Source: Devosia sp.
Lineage (GTDB): Bacteria; Pseudomonadota; Alphaproteobacteria; Rhizobiales; Devosiaceae
Direction: 5' to 3'
Length of the DNA: 64,000 nucleotides
NCBI GenBank assembly: GCA_041916675.1
Contig: JAYRZB010000005.1
Location: 121,789 to 185,788, forward strand
Below are positions 28,049 to 38,450 of the stretch, in pieces. The position numbers were made by a program, and so were the translations under genes. The notes beneath the pieces are model-generated. The model had not been told where the DNA came from. It saw only the letters and a program-made list of their open reading frames with translations, and did no database searches. The stretch's first letter is position 1. Every line of letters starts with the position of its first letter.

Positions 28049-29848
28049 TCAGGAATGCACCTCGTTACGCAGGCTTTGCGTGGCGGCCTGATCGACCGCA
28101 TAGTCGACGCCGTTTTCACCCAGGGTGAGCGCCACGCCAAAGATCTCCTTTGCCAGTTCAGGGCGCAGCCACTTGCGGTTGACATCGTCTGCCACCCGCT
28201 GCGGGTCGCGCTTTTGCGGCTGGCCGTAACCGCCCCCGGCACAGGAACGATACAGCACTGCTTCGCCGTCGTAATAGGTGCCGGAAAAGAAATCGCTGAC
28301 CCGTTCCACCTTGCCCTTGGCGTCGCGCTTCCAGGTGCCCGAATTGGCCCCGGCCTTGCCGCCGAGCACGCCGCCGGCCGGAAACACCCCGCCGTCGCCG
28401 CACACATAAAGCGTCATGTCGCCGGTCAATGAGCGATAGGCGCCCTCGACTGCCGGCGCGCCGTTCCACTGGCCAAAGCCAATGCTGTCCTGGCTGATGC
28501 GGCGTTCTTCGACGAGAATGGGATAGGTCGCCTCGTCCACTTCGATGGAGTCGGTCACCATGATGCCGTTGCCCACCGAGCACTCATAGGTCAACCAGCC
28601 ATCATGGCCATGGTTGGCCGGGCCACCCGACAGGGCCATCATCAGTTGCGTGATATAGGGCACATGTTCTGCGCGGCGCTTGTCGATGCCAGAAACCACG
28701 CCCAGCGCCGCCGAGAAATTGCCGCCGCCTTCTGCCATGCCATAGGGTTCGCCCATCTGCGAGAAGGCGCATTGCACCGCATTGGCCAGCCGTTCATTGA
28801 CGTTGGATGTGGCGCAGGAGGTGCCGATGGGGTGGCTGGGCCGGCCAACCACGCAATTGTCGCGCAACAGCGGCACAATGCGGCTCGAACTGCCCTCGTT
28901 GTGCGGCACTCCGGCATCGAGATTGTAAAACACCCCGATCCGGCAAGAGGCGACCGCGCAGGCTTCGGTCAGGTTCAGCCCGCCGGGCACGCAATCGGGG
29001 TTGTCACGCACATCGACGGTGATCAGGCCCTTCTTGGGGTCCACCGTGACTTTGGCGGTAATCTCGATGCCCTCGTCGGCAACCCCGGCGACGGGATCGT
29101 GCTTGACGGTATAGCTGAAGGTGCCGGCAGGCAGTTTGCGGATGGCGGCAATTGCCCGGCGCTCGCCATAATCCATCCAGGCTTCGATGAAGTCGCGAAT
29201 GGTGTCGATGCCGTATTTGGCCACCAGTTCCTTCAGGCGTCGCTCGCCGGTGCGGCAGGCGCCGACCTGGGCGCGATAGTCGCCGTGCCAGATATTGGAA
29301 ACACGGATTTTCTGCAGCCCGATGCGGATGATATCGGCCTTGTCGGTGAAATTCTCCTGCACACGCACGCAGGGGAAATGCACCCCTTCCTCATAGATCG
29401 TGCTGGCAAACGGCAGGTAGGTCGATGGTTCCGGTGCTCCGATATCGGCATGGTGTGAGCGAGACAGGGTCCAGAACAGGGGCACGCCGTCAAAAAACAC
29501 CGGCACGCACAAGGTCAGGTCGGCATGGTGGGTCACGCCATAGAACGGGCTGTTGTTGAGAAAAGCGTCGCCTTCCTTCACATCGTCAAACAGTTCGGTG
29601 ATCGGCTTGGTGGTCAATTCCAGCGCGTTGACGTGGATTGGCAGGGCTTCCTCCACCGAGACCAGCCGATGGTCGTATGTCAGGATGCCGCAGGACATGT
29701 CGCGCGCATTCTTGATCACGCTCGATCGCGAGGCCTTCATGACCGTGTTGGTCATTTCGCGGATGATTGATTCAAACCGGCTGGAAAGAACGGCAAGCAG
29801 GGTGGGATCGAAATCCGCAACTGATCTGGATTTGGTCGCCTGTCGCAT
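28049..29848 (-). CDS. hydantoinase B/oxoprolinase family protein (HyuB-type subunit)
   Basis: 599 aa. FDPTLLAVLSSRFESIIREMTNTVMKASRSSVIKNARDMSCGI is the canonical HyuB N-terminus. Confidence 0.9.
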   Translation of the reverse strand: MRQATKSRSVADFDPTLLAVLSSRFESIIREMTNTVMKASRSSVIKNARDMSCGILTYDHRLVSVEEALPIHVNALELTTKPITELFDDVKEGDAFLNNSPFYGVTHHADLTLCVPVFFDGVPLFWTLSRSHHADIGAPEPSTYLPFASTIYEEGVHFPCVRVQENFTDKADIIRIGLQKIRVSNIWHGDYRAQVGACRTGERRLKELVAKYGIDTIRDFIEAWMDYGERRAIAAIRKLPAGTFSYTVKHDPVAGVADEGIEITAKVTVDPKKGLITVDVRDNPDCVPGGLNLTEACAVASCRIGVFYNLDAGVPHNEGSSSRIVPLLRDNCVVGRPSHPIGTSCATSNVNERLANAVQCAFSQMGEPYGMAEGGGNFSAALGVVSGIDKRRAEHVPYITQLMMALSGGPANHGHDGWLTYECSVGNGIMVTDSIEVDEATYPILVEERRISQDSIGFGQWNGAPAVEGAYRSLTGDMTLYVCGDGGVFPAGGVLGGKAGANSGTWKRDAKGKVERVSDFFSGTYYDGEAVLYRSCAGGGYGQPQKRDPQRVADDVNRKWLRPELAKEIFGVALTLGENGVDYAVDQAATQSLRNEVHS

Positions 29849-29978
29849 GCGGTACCGTGCCCCTCATAAACGGTAAAAGCGGCTCCCGCCGTAGCGCGTC
29901 TGCCATGCCCCTCAGCATGGCAATCGCCCTTGTCGGCATCAAATCCGACTTGGCTGGAACCCGTCAAGAGAAGCATAA

Positions 29979-29999
29979 ATGAAATTGAAGTCAATATCA
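29979..29999. promoter_or_regulatory. operator-like imperfect palindrome, copy 3 (ATGAAATTGAAGTCAATATCA)
   Basis: About 140 nt upstream of hyuB-type ATG 29848. 19 of 21 positions are identical to copies 1 and 2. Confidence 0.6.
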
Positions 30000-30508
30000 T
30001 TTTTGTGCAGGATGGCCAGGAGCGACTGAGGTCGGAGGCATTTTCGGGGCAGGGGAAAAATGTACCCGACGCCCCGCGGGCCTCTTGGCCAGGAGGCTGC
30101 TCTGCCTCACCGGGCGTGATGTGCCGCCTCGCAAGGGCAAACCATGCTGTTGTCGAACGAGATTGGCTCGGCGATATCGGTCAAAAGTTAGATGGCGGCA
30201 CGCCTGGTGGACACGGTCGCGGTGGAAGGAGGTAGCGAAATAGGTGAAATTTCTACTGGAGCGCTCCAATAGTTTTTGACCGAATGGGCATTTCGAGTTA
30301 CGTAACAGTCGAAATATGCCACTATGTGGTGGCCGAATGGAGATTTCAGGCCCGAATTGTCGCCTTCTGGTGCGATGAAACGGGTGGAGGAGCGGTGAGT
30401 GCGTGACACTGGCGGCGCAGCCATAGAGAATGGCGCGTCCAATAGTGTTGCGGAGCGGATACGGCAGATGCCGCACCGCCCGTTATTGACCAAGGGGGAG
30501 ATGCCTGA

Positions 30509-31636
30509 ATGAAGACCCGTGCTGCGGTTGCCTTTGCCGCCGGAAAACCTTTGGAAATCGTCGAAGTCGACCTCGAGGGCCCCAAGGCCGGCGAAGTGCT
30601 CGTTGAGATCAAGGCTACCGGCATTTGCCACACTGACGATTTCACCTTGTCTGGCGCCGATCCCGAGGGCCTGTTTCCCTCGATCCTCGGCCATGAAGGT
30701 GCTGGTGTCGTCATCGACGTCGGCCCGGGCGTGACCAGCGTCAAAAAGGGCGACCATGTCATTCCGCTCTATACGCCCGAATGCCGTCAGTGCCCGTCCT
30801 GCCTGTCGCGCAAGACTAACCTGTGCACGGCCATCCGCTCCACGCAGGGGCAGGGCCTGATGCCCGATGGCACGTCGCGCTTCTCCTATAAGGGCCAGCC
30901 GATTTTCCACTACATGGGCTGTTCGACCTTTGCCAACCACACCGTGCTGCCAGAAATCGCAGTGGCCAAGATCGATGCCAATGCCCCGTTCGACAAGGTC
31001 TGCTACATCGGCTGCGGCGTTACCACCGGCGTTGGTGCCGTAATCAATACCGCCAAGGTGGAAGCGGGCGCAACTGCGGTTGTGTTTGGCCTCGGTGGCA
31101 TCGGCCTCAACGTCATCCAGGGCCTGCGGCTCGCCGGCGCCGATATGATCATTGGTGTTGACCTCAATAACGCCAAGAAGGTCTGGGGCGAGCGCTTCGG
31201 CATGACGCACTTCGTCAACCCCACCGAAATCGATGGCGATATCGTTCCCTACCTCGTGAACCTGACCAAGCGTGGCAACGACCTGATCGGGGGCGCCGAT
31301 TATACCTTTGATTGTACGGGCAATACCAAGGTAATGCGCCAGGCGCTCGAAGCCAGTCATCGCGGCTGGGGCAAGTCGGTGGTGATCGGGGTGGCAGGTG
31401 CCGGGCAGGAAATTTCCACCCGCCCGTTCCAGCTGGTAACCGGCCGCACCTGGATGGGCACCGCCTTTGGCGGCGCCCGCGGCCGCACCGACGTGCCAAA
31501 GATTGTCGACTGGTACATGTCGGGCAAGATCGAGATCGATCCGATGATCACCCACACCCTGCGCCTTGAGGACATCAACAAGGGGTTTGAGATGATGCAT
31601 TCGGGCGAAAGCATTCGCAGCGTGGTTCTCTACTAG
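30509..31636 (+). CDS. adhC: S-(hydroxymethyl)glutathione dehydrogenase / class III alcohol dehydrogenase
   Basis: 375 aa. [43 protein letters not shown] and GHEGAGVV. Very close to known AdhC/FrmA/FlhA sequences. Confidence 0.95.
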   Translation: MKTRAAVAFAAGKPLEIVEVDLEGPKAGEVLVEIKATGICHTDDFTLSGADPEGLFPSILGHEGAGVVIDVGPGVTSVKKGDHVIPLYTPECRQCPSCLSRKTNLCTAIRSTQGQGLMPDGTSRFSYKGQPIFHYMGCSTFANHTVLPEIAVAKIDANAPFDKVCYIGCGVTTGVGAVINTAKVEAGATAVVFGLGGIGLNVIQGLRLAGADMIIGVDLNNAKKVWGERFGMTHFVNPTEIDGDIVPYLVNLTKRGNDLIGGADYTFDCTGNTKVMRQALEASHRGWGKSVVIGVAGAGQEISTRPFQLVTGRTWMGTAFGGARGRTDVPKIVDWYMSGKIEIDPMITHTLRLEDINKGFEMMHSGESIRSVVLY

Positions 31637-31722
31637 CTGGCAAGGCTGGAACCAGAGCTGACGGGTAGCAGGCGGCCCATGGCCGACTGCACGTTCATAA
31701 GAGTCCCTGAGGAGGAGACACA

Positions 31723-32295
31723 ATGGCAAGCGTAGCAATTCACCCCAGCGTTGATGGTGGGGTCAAGGCAGGCAGCGGCAGCTTCAGCGGCGGTACGCTG
31801 GTGTGCAAGTGCGCCACCAACCCGGTCAAGGTCGAGATCAAGGGCGACGTCGCCCACAATCACGCCTGTGGCTGCACCAAGTGCTGGAAGCCCGAAGGCG
31901 CCATTTTCTCGGTTGTGGCCGTTGTGCCGCACGAGAATGTCAAGGTTGTCGCCAATGGCGACAAGCTCAAGGTTGTCGATCCGTCCGCGTTGATCCAGCG
32001 CCATGCCTGCACCGGTTGCGGCGTTCATATGTACGGGCCGGTCGAGCGCGATCACGCCTTCAAGGGCCTCGATTTCATTCACCCCGAATTGTTCGACAAG
32101 CCGGGTTCGGCTGCGCCGGGCTTTGCCGCATTCGTGTCCTCGGTCATCGAAGGGGGCGTCAAGCCCGCTGCCATGGACGGGATCCGGGCCCGCCTGCGCG
32201 AACTCAAGCTCGAACCCTATGATTGCCTGAACCCGCCCCTGATGGACTACCTGGCAACGGTTGCTGCCAAGAAATCCGGCGTGCTCAAGGACTAA
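31723..32295 (+). CDS. gfa: S-(hydroxymethyl)glutathione synthase (glutathione-dependent formaldehyde-activating enzyme)
   Basis: 190 aa. [15 protein letters not shown]...[20 protein letters not shown] matches Paracoccus Gfa almost motif for motif. Confidence 0.9.
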   Translation: MASVAIHPSVDGGVKAGSGSFSGGTLVCKCATNPVKVEIKGDVAHNHACGCTKCWKPEGAIFSVVAVVPHENVKVVANGDKLKVVDPSALIQRHACTGCGVHMYGPVERDHAFKGLDFIHPELFDKPGSAAPGFAAFVSSVIEGGVKPAAMDGIRARLRELKLEPYDCLNPPLMDYLATVAAKKSGVLKD

Positions 32296-32323
32296 GACCT
32301 TCCTCCCTGGAAGTCTCTCGACT

Positions 32324-32355
32324 GCCCCCGGACGCAAATCCGGGGGCTTTTTTTT
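32324..32355 (+). terminator. strong Rho-independent terminator between gfa and the convergent TerC gene
   Basis: GCCCCCGGA-cgcaaa-TCCGGGGGC perfect 9-bp stem followed by eight T. Confidence 0.8.
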
Positions 32356-32359
32356 AACC

Positions 32360-33340
32360 TCAGGCCTCAGCGGGCTTTGGGTTGCGGGTGCGCCAGAGCG
32401 AGTAGCCGATGCCGGAGGCAAGAATGGCAAAGGTGACGCCCAGCGACCATTCGGCAGGGAACTTGCCCAGCCCCAGCCAGTCGGCCACGAAGACTTTGGA
32501 CCCGATGAACACCAGCAGCACCGCCAGCGCCTGCTTGAGATAGGCAAAGCGGTGGATCACCGCCGACAGGGCAAAATAGAGCGCCCGCAGGCCCAGGATG
32601 GCGAAGATGTTCGAGGTATAAACCAGATAGGGGTCGGTCGTGATGTTGAAGATGGCCGGCACCGAATCGACGGCAAAGATCACGTCGGCGATCTCGATCA
32701 TGACCAGCGCCAGGAACAGCGGGGTCATGAACCGCGCGATCTTTCCGGTCTTGGGGTCGGGCTGATCGACAAAGAAGCGTTGACCATGCAGCTCATCGGT
32801 GATGCGGAAGCGCTTGCGCATGAACTTGAGCAGGCGATTGTTGGCAAGATCGGGCTCGTCATGGCCGGTAAAGAGCATCTTGATGCCGGTCAGCACGAGG
32901 AAGGCGGCAAACACATAGAGCAGCCAGCCGAACTGGCTGACGAGCGTTGCGCCAAAGCCGATCATGATGGCGCGCAGCAGGATTACCCCCAGAATGCCCC
33001 AGAACAGCACCCGGTGCTGATACTGGCGGGGGATGGCCAGGGTGGAAAAGATCAGGGCGATGACGAAGACATTGTCCATCGCCAGGGTTTTTTCGACCAC
33101 AAAGCCGGTCAGGTATTCGACGCCCGATTGCTGGCCGAGGCTGTACCAGACAAATCCGCCGAAGCCGAGGCCGAGGGCAATATAGAACGCCGATAACAGC
33201 AGGCTTTCGCGTACGCCGATCTCATGTTGATCGCGGTGCAGGACGCCCAGATCGAAGGCGAGCAGGGCAACCACCAGTCCAAAGAAGCCAAGCCACATCC
33301 ACAGCGGCTTGGACAGCAGTTCGATGAAAAGAAAATCCAT
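32360..33340 (-). CDS. TerC/Alx-family integral membrane protein
   Basis: 326 aa. LWMWLGFFGLVVALLAFDLGVLHRDQHEIGVRESL and two repeated DNVFV/DSVPA-type motifs of TerC. Confidence 0.9.
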   Translation of the reverse strand: MDFLFIELLSKPLWMWLGFFGLVVALLAFDLGVLHRDQHEIGVRESLLLSAFYIALGLGFGGFVWYSLGQQSGVEYLTGFVVEKTLAMDNVFVIALIFSTLAIPRQYQHRVLFWGILGVILLRAIMIGFGATLVSQFGWLLYVFAAFLVLTGIKMLFTGHDEPDLANNRLLKFMRKRFRITDELHGQRFFVDQPDPKTGKIARFMTPLFLALVMIEIADVIFAVDSVPAIFNITTDPYLVYTSNIFAILGLRALYFALSAVIHRFAYLKQALAVLLVFIGSKVFVADWLGLGKFPAEWSLGVTFAILASGIGYSLWRTRNPKPAEA

Positions 33341-33371
33341 GGGTTTGTACCGCCCGGCGCGGGGGAATGAT

Positions 33372-33427
33372 GCAGCGTCGACATCGTGGACGAGCCGGGT
33401 TCATCCACCAGAGGGGCCCGACGCTGC
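33372..33427. other. structured-RNA-like module B (P1 9 bp, internal loops, 5-bp hairpin)
   Basis: Plus strand: GCAGCGTCG-ACATC-GTGGA-(13 nt)-TCCAC-CAGAGGGGCC-CGACGCTGC. Lies 31 nt from TerC ATG 33340. Strand not resolved. Confidence 0.4.
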
Positions 33428-33556
33428 GTGGTCTTGGAGATGGGATTGTGATGCCTTTGCCGTCTCCTCGCTCACAGGCTCGATGGGGCCGGCAGATGCG
33501 TCACGGCAGGCGCGAGCCATTGCAGCGACGCGGATATCCTTCGGGCCCCGCGTTCA

Positions 33557-33606
33557 GTGAACCGACATCACGCACCTGTTCGATGCGTCAGAGGGGCCCG
33601 GATCAC
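33557..33606. other. structured-RNA-like module A (same architecture as module B with different stem sequences)
   Basis: Plus strand: GTGAACCG-ACATC-ACGCA-(9 nt)-TGCGT-CAGAGGGGCC-CGGATCAC. Loops are identical to module B. Both stems are changed but still pair, with one mismatch in P1. Confidence 0.4.
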
Positions 33607-34222
33607 GCTCGGCAGATGGGGATCACAGCGCATCGGTGCAAGGGGCGGTGCATAGATTCTGCAAGTTGCAGGTGCGGGGCCGCCGCCGAGGCGCTTTCGC
33701 AGTGGCCCAACACGCGCGCCCGGAGTTCGAATTTGCACAGCATTGCAACTGTCTCGAAAGCACGATTCCGGTGGCGTTGGCCCGCCAGGTTTGTTCGGAC
33801 AGTGCCGTCATGAAACTGGAATGCAAACCCTGTAAGTCTTTTCACCGACCGTTGTTTGTTTTCAATAACTGCTGATGTTCTTGAACGTTCTGACCACTTT
33901 CGTAAAAGAGTTGCGCGCGGATTGCCGAGATTCCGCCAAGTTCGAAACCTGCGTGATTATTTTCGTTTTTGCTCAAAATGAGGCAAATTCGAAAATTGCA
34001 GTCAAACTACAAAAGTAGCGTAAAAACTTACGTCACAAAAATATCATATATTTCAGGTTAGTAGTGCCAATCCGCTGGCGTTTTTCCCCGCTTGCGGTTG
34101 CGATTCCGCTGTTTCATACGAAAGGTCTCTTGCGAAGCGAAAGTTCGTTTGCTAGCGTTTGGCCATGAGAGGCCGCAACGACGGCCAATCGGGCATTCCA
34201 ATCGATCAAGGGAGGAGAAACC

Positions 34223-35548
34223 ATGATCAAGCACGCCCTCTACGTAGCCACCGCGCTTGCCGCGCTGACTGCTGCTACCCCCGCCTTCGCGCAGACTGAG
34301 ATCCAATGGTGGCATGCCATGGGTGCCGAGCTCGGTCAGAAGCTGGAAGCGATTGCACAGGGGTTCAACGAAACCCAGTCTGACTACAAAATTGTGCCGG
34401 TCTACAAAGGGACTTATCCTGAAACGCTGACCGCCGCGATTGCTGCGTTCCGCGCCAACGAGCAGCCGGCCATTGTGCAGGTTTTTGAAGTTGGCACCGG
34501 CACGATGATGGCTGCCAAGGGTGCAGTCTATCCGGTGCACCAGTTGATGGCGGACAATGGCGAACCGTGGGATCCGTCTGGGTTCCTGGCACCTGTGGTT
34601 GGCTACTACTCGGACACCGATGGCAACATCCTGTCGATGCCGTTCAATTCCTCGACCCCGATCATGTACTACAACAAGGACGTGTTCGAGAAAGCCGGAC
34701 TTGACCCGGAAGTGGCGCCCAAGACATGGGCCGAGGTTGAAGCGTTCTCGCGCAAGATCGTGGAATCAGGCGCGGCCAAGTGCGGCCTGACCAGTGCCTG
34801 GATTTCCTGGATTCAGCTTGAAAACCTGTCTGCCATTCACGACCAGCCCTACAGCACGCTGGACAATGGCTTTGGTGGCCTTGGCGCTGAATTCACCTTG
34901 AATGGACCGGTGCAGGTCAAGCACTGGGAAAACCTCAAGAAATGGGCCGATGAAGGCTTGTTCCAGTATGGTGGCCCGGTGGGCGGCAACGATGCTCCGC
35001 CCAAGTTCTATGCGCAGGAATGCGCAATCTACATGAACTCTTCAGGCTCGCGTTCGGGTGTGGTTGCCAACGCCAAGGACTTCAAGGTTGGCTTTGCGCC
35101 GCTCCCCTACTACGACGATGTCACGCAGGATCCCAAGAACTCCATCATCGGTGGGGCGACCTTGTGGGTGCTTAACGGCAAGTCTCCGGAAACTTACAAG
35201 GGTGTCGCAAAGTTCTTCACCTATCTGTCGAGCCCGGAAGTGCAGGCCGACTGGCACCAGGGTACCGGCTACCTGCCGATCACCAACGCTGCCTATGAAC
35301 TGGGCCAGCAGCAGGGCTATTATGCTGCCAATCCCGGTTCGGATGAAGGCATCAAGCAGATCACCCGCGGCACGCCGAGCGTGAATTCGAAGGGCATCCG
35401 TTTTGGCAATCTCACGCAGGTCCGTGACGTGATCGACAGTGAGTTCGAAGCACTCCTTGGTGGGCAGAAGTCGGCTCAGGAAGCGCTTGATGCGGTCGTT
35501 GAACGCGGCAACGTCATTCTGCGCGAATTCGAAGCCGCCAACCAGTAA
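34223..35548 (+). CDS. ugpB: sn-glycerol-3-phosphate ABC transporter substrate-binding protein
   Basis: 441 aa. GGGAGGAGAAACC precedes the ATG. Signal peptide, then QTEIQWWHAMGAELGQKLEAIAQGFNETQ, typical of UgpB. Confidence 0.9.
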   Translation: MIKHALYVATALAALTAATPAFAQTEIQWWHAMGAELGQKLEAIAQGFNETQSDYKIVPVYKGTYPETLTAAIAAFRANEQPAIVQVFEVGTGTMMAAKGAVYPVHQLMADNGEPWDPSGFLAPVVGYYSDTDGNILSMPFNSSTPIMYYNKDVFEKAGLDPEVAPKTWAEVEAFSRKIVESGAAKCGLTSAWISWIQLENLSAIHDQPYSTLDNGFGGLGAEFTLNGPVQVKHWENLKKWADEGLFQYGGPVGGNDAPPKFYAQECAIYMNSSGSRSGVVANAKDFKVGFAPLPYYDDVTQDPKNSIIGGATLWVLNGKSPETYKGVAKFFTYLSSPEVQADWHQGTGYLPITNAAYELGQQQGYYAANPGSDEGIKQITRGTPSVNSKGIRFGNLTQVRDVIDSEFEALLGGQKSAQEALDAVVERGNVILREFEAANQ

Positions 35549-35658
35549 TCACGATCTTCAGGGCCCGGGCCACAAGCCTGGGCCTTGGCCTATCCAACAC
35601 TTGCTACCCTCTCGTCGGGTGGTGGGCGGGAAGGCCGTGAAGCGAGCCGGAGCAGGCA

Positions 35659-36543
35659 ATGCAAACCAAGCGGACGACTTTTCCCAACAGGCTTCTGCCT
35701 TACCTGCTGCTGGCACCGCAGCTGGCCATCACAATAGCTTTTTTCCTTTGGCCAGCGGCGCAGGCCGTCAAATCGTCGTTCGAGCGCGAAGATCCGTTCG
35801 GGTTCAAGACGACATTTGTCTGGTTCCAGAACTACTCGAAGCTCTTTTCAGATCCTGAATATATTAACGCGCTCGGACGCTCTTTGCTGTTTGCAGTGAG
35901 TGTGGCGCTGATTTCGATGACTGTTTCGCTGTTCATGGCGATGGCTGTGAGCCGGTTGATCCGAGCCAACCGGTTCTACACCACAATGCTGGTCTGGCCT
36001 TATGCCGTTGCGCCGGTTGTAGCGGGCATTCTGTGGTGGTTCATGTTCAACCCAACGATCGGCATCCTGCCGTATCTGCTTGGTCAACTGGGTATTGAGT
36101 GGAACCATCGCGTCGATGGCGGCAATGCCATGCTGCTGGTGGTGCTGGCGGCAAGCTGGAAGCAAATCTCCTACAACTTCCTTTTCTTCGTGGCAGGGCT
36201 GCAATCGGTTCCACAATCGCTGACCGAGGCGGCGGCCATTGATGGCGCCGGTCCGACGCGACGCTTCTGGACCATTGTGTTTCCGCTGCTCTCGCCGACG
36301 ACGTTCTTCCTGATGATCATCAACATCAATTACGCCATGTTCGATACCTTCGGTATTATCGATGGCACAACCATGGGCGGCCCGGCCGGGGCCACCAATA
36401 CGCTGGTCTATAAAGTGTTCGCCGATGGTTTCCTCGGCCTGAACATCGGCTCGTCTTCAGCACAATCGGTGCTGCTCATGCTTATCGTCATCGTGCTTAC
36501 CGTGATCCAGTTCCGCTGGGTCGAGCGGCGCGTACAATACTAG
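35659..36543 (+). CDS. ugpA: sn-glycerol-3-phosphate ABC transporter permease
   Basis: 294 aa MalF-type permease with [22 protein letters not shown] (EAA loop). Position is as in ugpBAEC. Confidence 0.9.
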   Translation: MQTKRTTFPNRLLPYLLLAPQLAITIAFFLWPAAQAVKSSFEREDPFGFKTTFVWFQNYSKLFSDPEYINALGRSLLFAVSVALISMTVSLFMAMAVSRLIRANRFYTTMLVWPYAVAPVVAGILWWFMFNPTIGILPYLLGQLGIEWNHRVDGGNAMLLVVLAASWKQISYNFLFFVAGLQSVPQSLTEAAAIDGAGPTRRFWTIVFPLLSPTTFFLMIININYAMFDTFGIIDGTTMGGPAGATNTLVYKVFADGFLGLNIGSSSAQSVLLMLIVIVLTVIQFRWVERRVQY

Positions 36544-36552
36544 GAGGCCGCT

Positions 36553-37401
36553 TTGGTTGAACGCCGGCCCATTCTGACCATTCTTTCGCATCTGGTGCTG
36601 ATCCTGGGTGTGGTGACCATTGTTTTCCCGGTTTACCTGGCCTTCATTGCATCGACCCATGACGCGGGCGCGTTCCTGCGCGGCGTCGTGCCGCTGTTGC
36701 CGGGCCCGCATATGATCGAAAACTATTCGGCCATGTGGAGCACCGGCCTGACGACCGCTGGCGCTCCTCCAGTGTGGCTGATGCTGACCAACTCCATTGT
36801 CATGGCGCTGGTCATCGCGGTCGGCAAGATCTGCATTTCGATCCTCTCGGCCTATGCGATTGTCTATTTCAAGTTCCCGTTCCGGCTGTTGGCGTTCTGG
36901 ATGATCTTCATCACCCTTATGCTGCCGGTTGAAGTGCGCATCATGCCCACCTTTAAGGTTGTGGCCGGGCTCGGCATGCTCAATTCCTACGCGGGATTGA
37001 TCATCCCGCTCGTGGCTTCGGCTACGGCAACGTTCCTGTTCCGGCAGTTTTTCCTGACGGTGCCTGATGAGTTGATGGAAGCCGCCCGGGTCGATGGCGC
37101 CGGCGCGCTGAAATTTTTCCGCGACATCCTGCTTCCCCTCAGCAGGACCAACATCGCGGCGCTGTTTGTCATCCTCTTCATCTATGGCTGGGTGCAGTAT
37201 CTCTGGCCGCTGCTGGTGACCACAGACAGCCGCTATTACACCATCGTGATGGGGATCAAGCGTCTGGCCGCGGCGGCCGATGCAGATCCGTTGTGGAATC
37301 TGGTTATGGCCGCCGTGATCCTGGCCATGCTGCCCCCCATCCTTGTCGTCATTTTCATGCAGCGCCTGTTCGTCAAGGGCCTGGTCGAAACCGAGAAATA
37401 A
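36553..37401 (+). CDS. ugpE: sn-glycerol-3-phosphate ABC transporter permease
   Basis: 282 aa MalG-type permease with [24 protein letters not shown] start as in the track. Confidence 0.85.
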   Translation: MVERRPILTILSHLVLILGVVTIVFPVYLAFIASTHDAGAFLRGVVPLLPGPHMIENYSAMWSTGLTTAGAPPVWLMLTNSIVMALVIAVGKICISILSAYAIVYFKFPFRLLAFWMIFITLMLPVEVRIMPTFKVVAGLGMLNSYAGLIIPLVASATATFLFRQFFLTVPDELMEAARVDGAGALKFFRDILLPLSRTNIAALFVILFIYGWVQYLWPLLVTTDSRYYTIVMGIKRLAAAADADPLWNLVMAAVILAMLPPILVVIFMQRLFVKGLVETEK

Positions 37402-37403
37402 CC

Positions 37404-38450
37404 ATGGCAAATATCGAAATCTCAGGGGTCAAGAAGGTCTATGCGGGCAACGTGACCGCGATCCAAAATCTTGACCTGTCCATCGCCGATGGTGAGCTCG
37501 CGGTGCTCGTGGGTCCATCGGGGTGCGGCAAGTCAACGCTCTTGCGCATGATTGCCGGGCTCGAAACAATCACCGGCGGCACGATTTCCATCGGCGACAA
37601 GGTGGTCAACAAGCTCGAACCGTCCGAGCGCGATATTGCCATGGTGTTCCAGAACTACGCGCTTTATCCCCATATGACGGTGCGCGGAAACCTGGAATAT
37701 GGCCTCAAGAACCGCGGCACGCCGAAATCGGAAATCGAAACGCGTATTGCCGAGGCCGCGCGCATTCTCGAAATCACCCCGTTCCTCGACCGCAAGCCCA
37801 GGGCCCTTTCCGGTGGGCAGCGGCAGCGTGTTGCCATGGGTCGGGCGATTGTGCGCAAGCCCAAGGCGTTCCTGTTCGACGAACCGCTCTCCAATCTCGA
37901 TGCCAAGCTGCGCGGGCAGATGCGCGTTGAAATTCGCCGCCTGCAGCGGGCGCTTGGCACGACTTCGGTTTATGTCACTCACGATCAGCTTGAAGCGATG
38001 ACGCTCGCCGACCGGTTGGTGGTGATGAATGGCGGGGTGATTGAACAGCAGGGTAAGCCGCTCGAAATTTACGCCAATCCAGCGTCGGTTTTTGTCGCAG
38101 CCTTTATGGGCTCTCCAGGCATGAACCTGATTGCCGTCGACGAGGTGAGGGCAGCGGGCGGAAAGGTTCCGGATGCTATTCCATCGGCCACCGGCACGCT
38201 GGGCATTCGCCCGGAGGATATCATGCTTGAAAAGCCATCTGGCGATGCCATTGAACTGCCGGGAACACTCGACGCGATCGAACTGGTCGGTTCTGAAAGC
38301 CTCGTCTATGGGCGACCAACGGGCCTGAGCAAGGATGTGGTAGTGCGTACCCAGGGCATTCACCAAGCGGAGCCAGGGTCGGCGCTCAATTTCTATCTGC
38401 CGGTTGCTGCGCTGCACACGTTTGATCGGACGAACGGCAGGCGCATCTAG
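37404..38450 (+). CDS. ugpC: sn-glycerol-3-phosphate import ATP-binding protein
   Basis: Start at [13 protein letters not shown] (ATG 37404, 2 nt after the ugpE stop). Walker [18 protein letters not shown], MalK-type C-terminal regulatory domain. Confidence 0.9.
   Translation: MANIEISGVKKVYAGNVTAIQNLDLSIADGELAVLVGPSGCGKSTLLRMIAGLETITGGTISIGDKVVNKLEPSERDIAMVFQNYALYPHMTVRGNLEYGLKNRGTPKSEIETRIAEAARILEITPFLDRKPRALSGGQRQRVAMGRAIVRKPKAFLFDEPLSNLDAKLRGQMRVEIRRLQRALGTTSVYVTHDQLEAMTLADRLVVMNGGVIEQQGKPLEIYANPASVFVAAFMGSPGMNLIAVDEVRAAGGKVPDAIPSATGTLGIRPEDIMLEKPSGDAIELPGTLDAIELVGSESLVYGRPTGLSKDVVVRTQGIHQAEPGSALNFYLPVAALHTFDRTNGRRI

Noticed and set aside
29930-30476. ORFs 29930..30235(+) and 29997..30476(-) in the 660-bp gap upstream of adhC.
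   Set aside because: The translations are Arg/Pro/Gly-rich with no motifs. The two ORFs overlap each other and the operator copy at 29979. They are treated as non-coding regulatory DNA.
33341-33620. yybP-ykoY (Mn2+) riboswitch expected upstream of a TerC-family gene.
   Set aside because: I read the minus-strand leader and could not find the conserved GGGGAGUAG L1 element or a convincing four-helix arrangement. The only hint was a loose CCAAGACC resembling the 3' GCAAGACC. It is therefore not called. cmsearch with RF00080 is the decisive test.
33367-33845. ORFs 33367..33813(+) and 33603..33845(-) in the TerC-ugpB spacer.
   Set aside because: Arg-rich nonsense-like translations. The region is better explained by the tandem structured modules and AT-rich promoter DNA.
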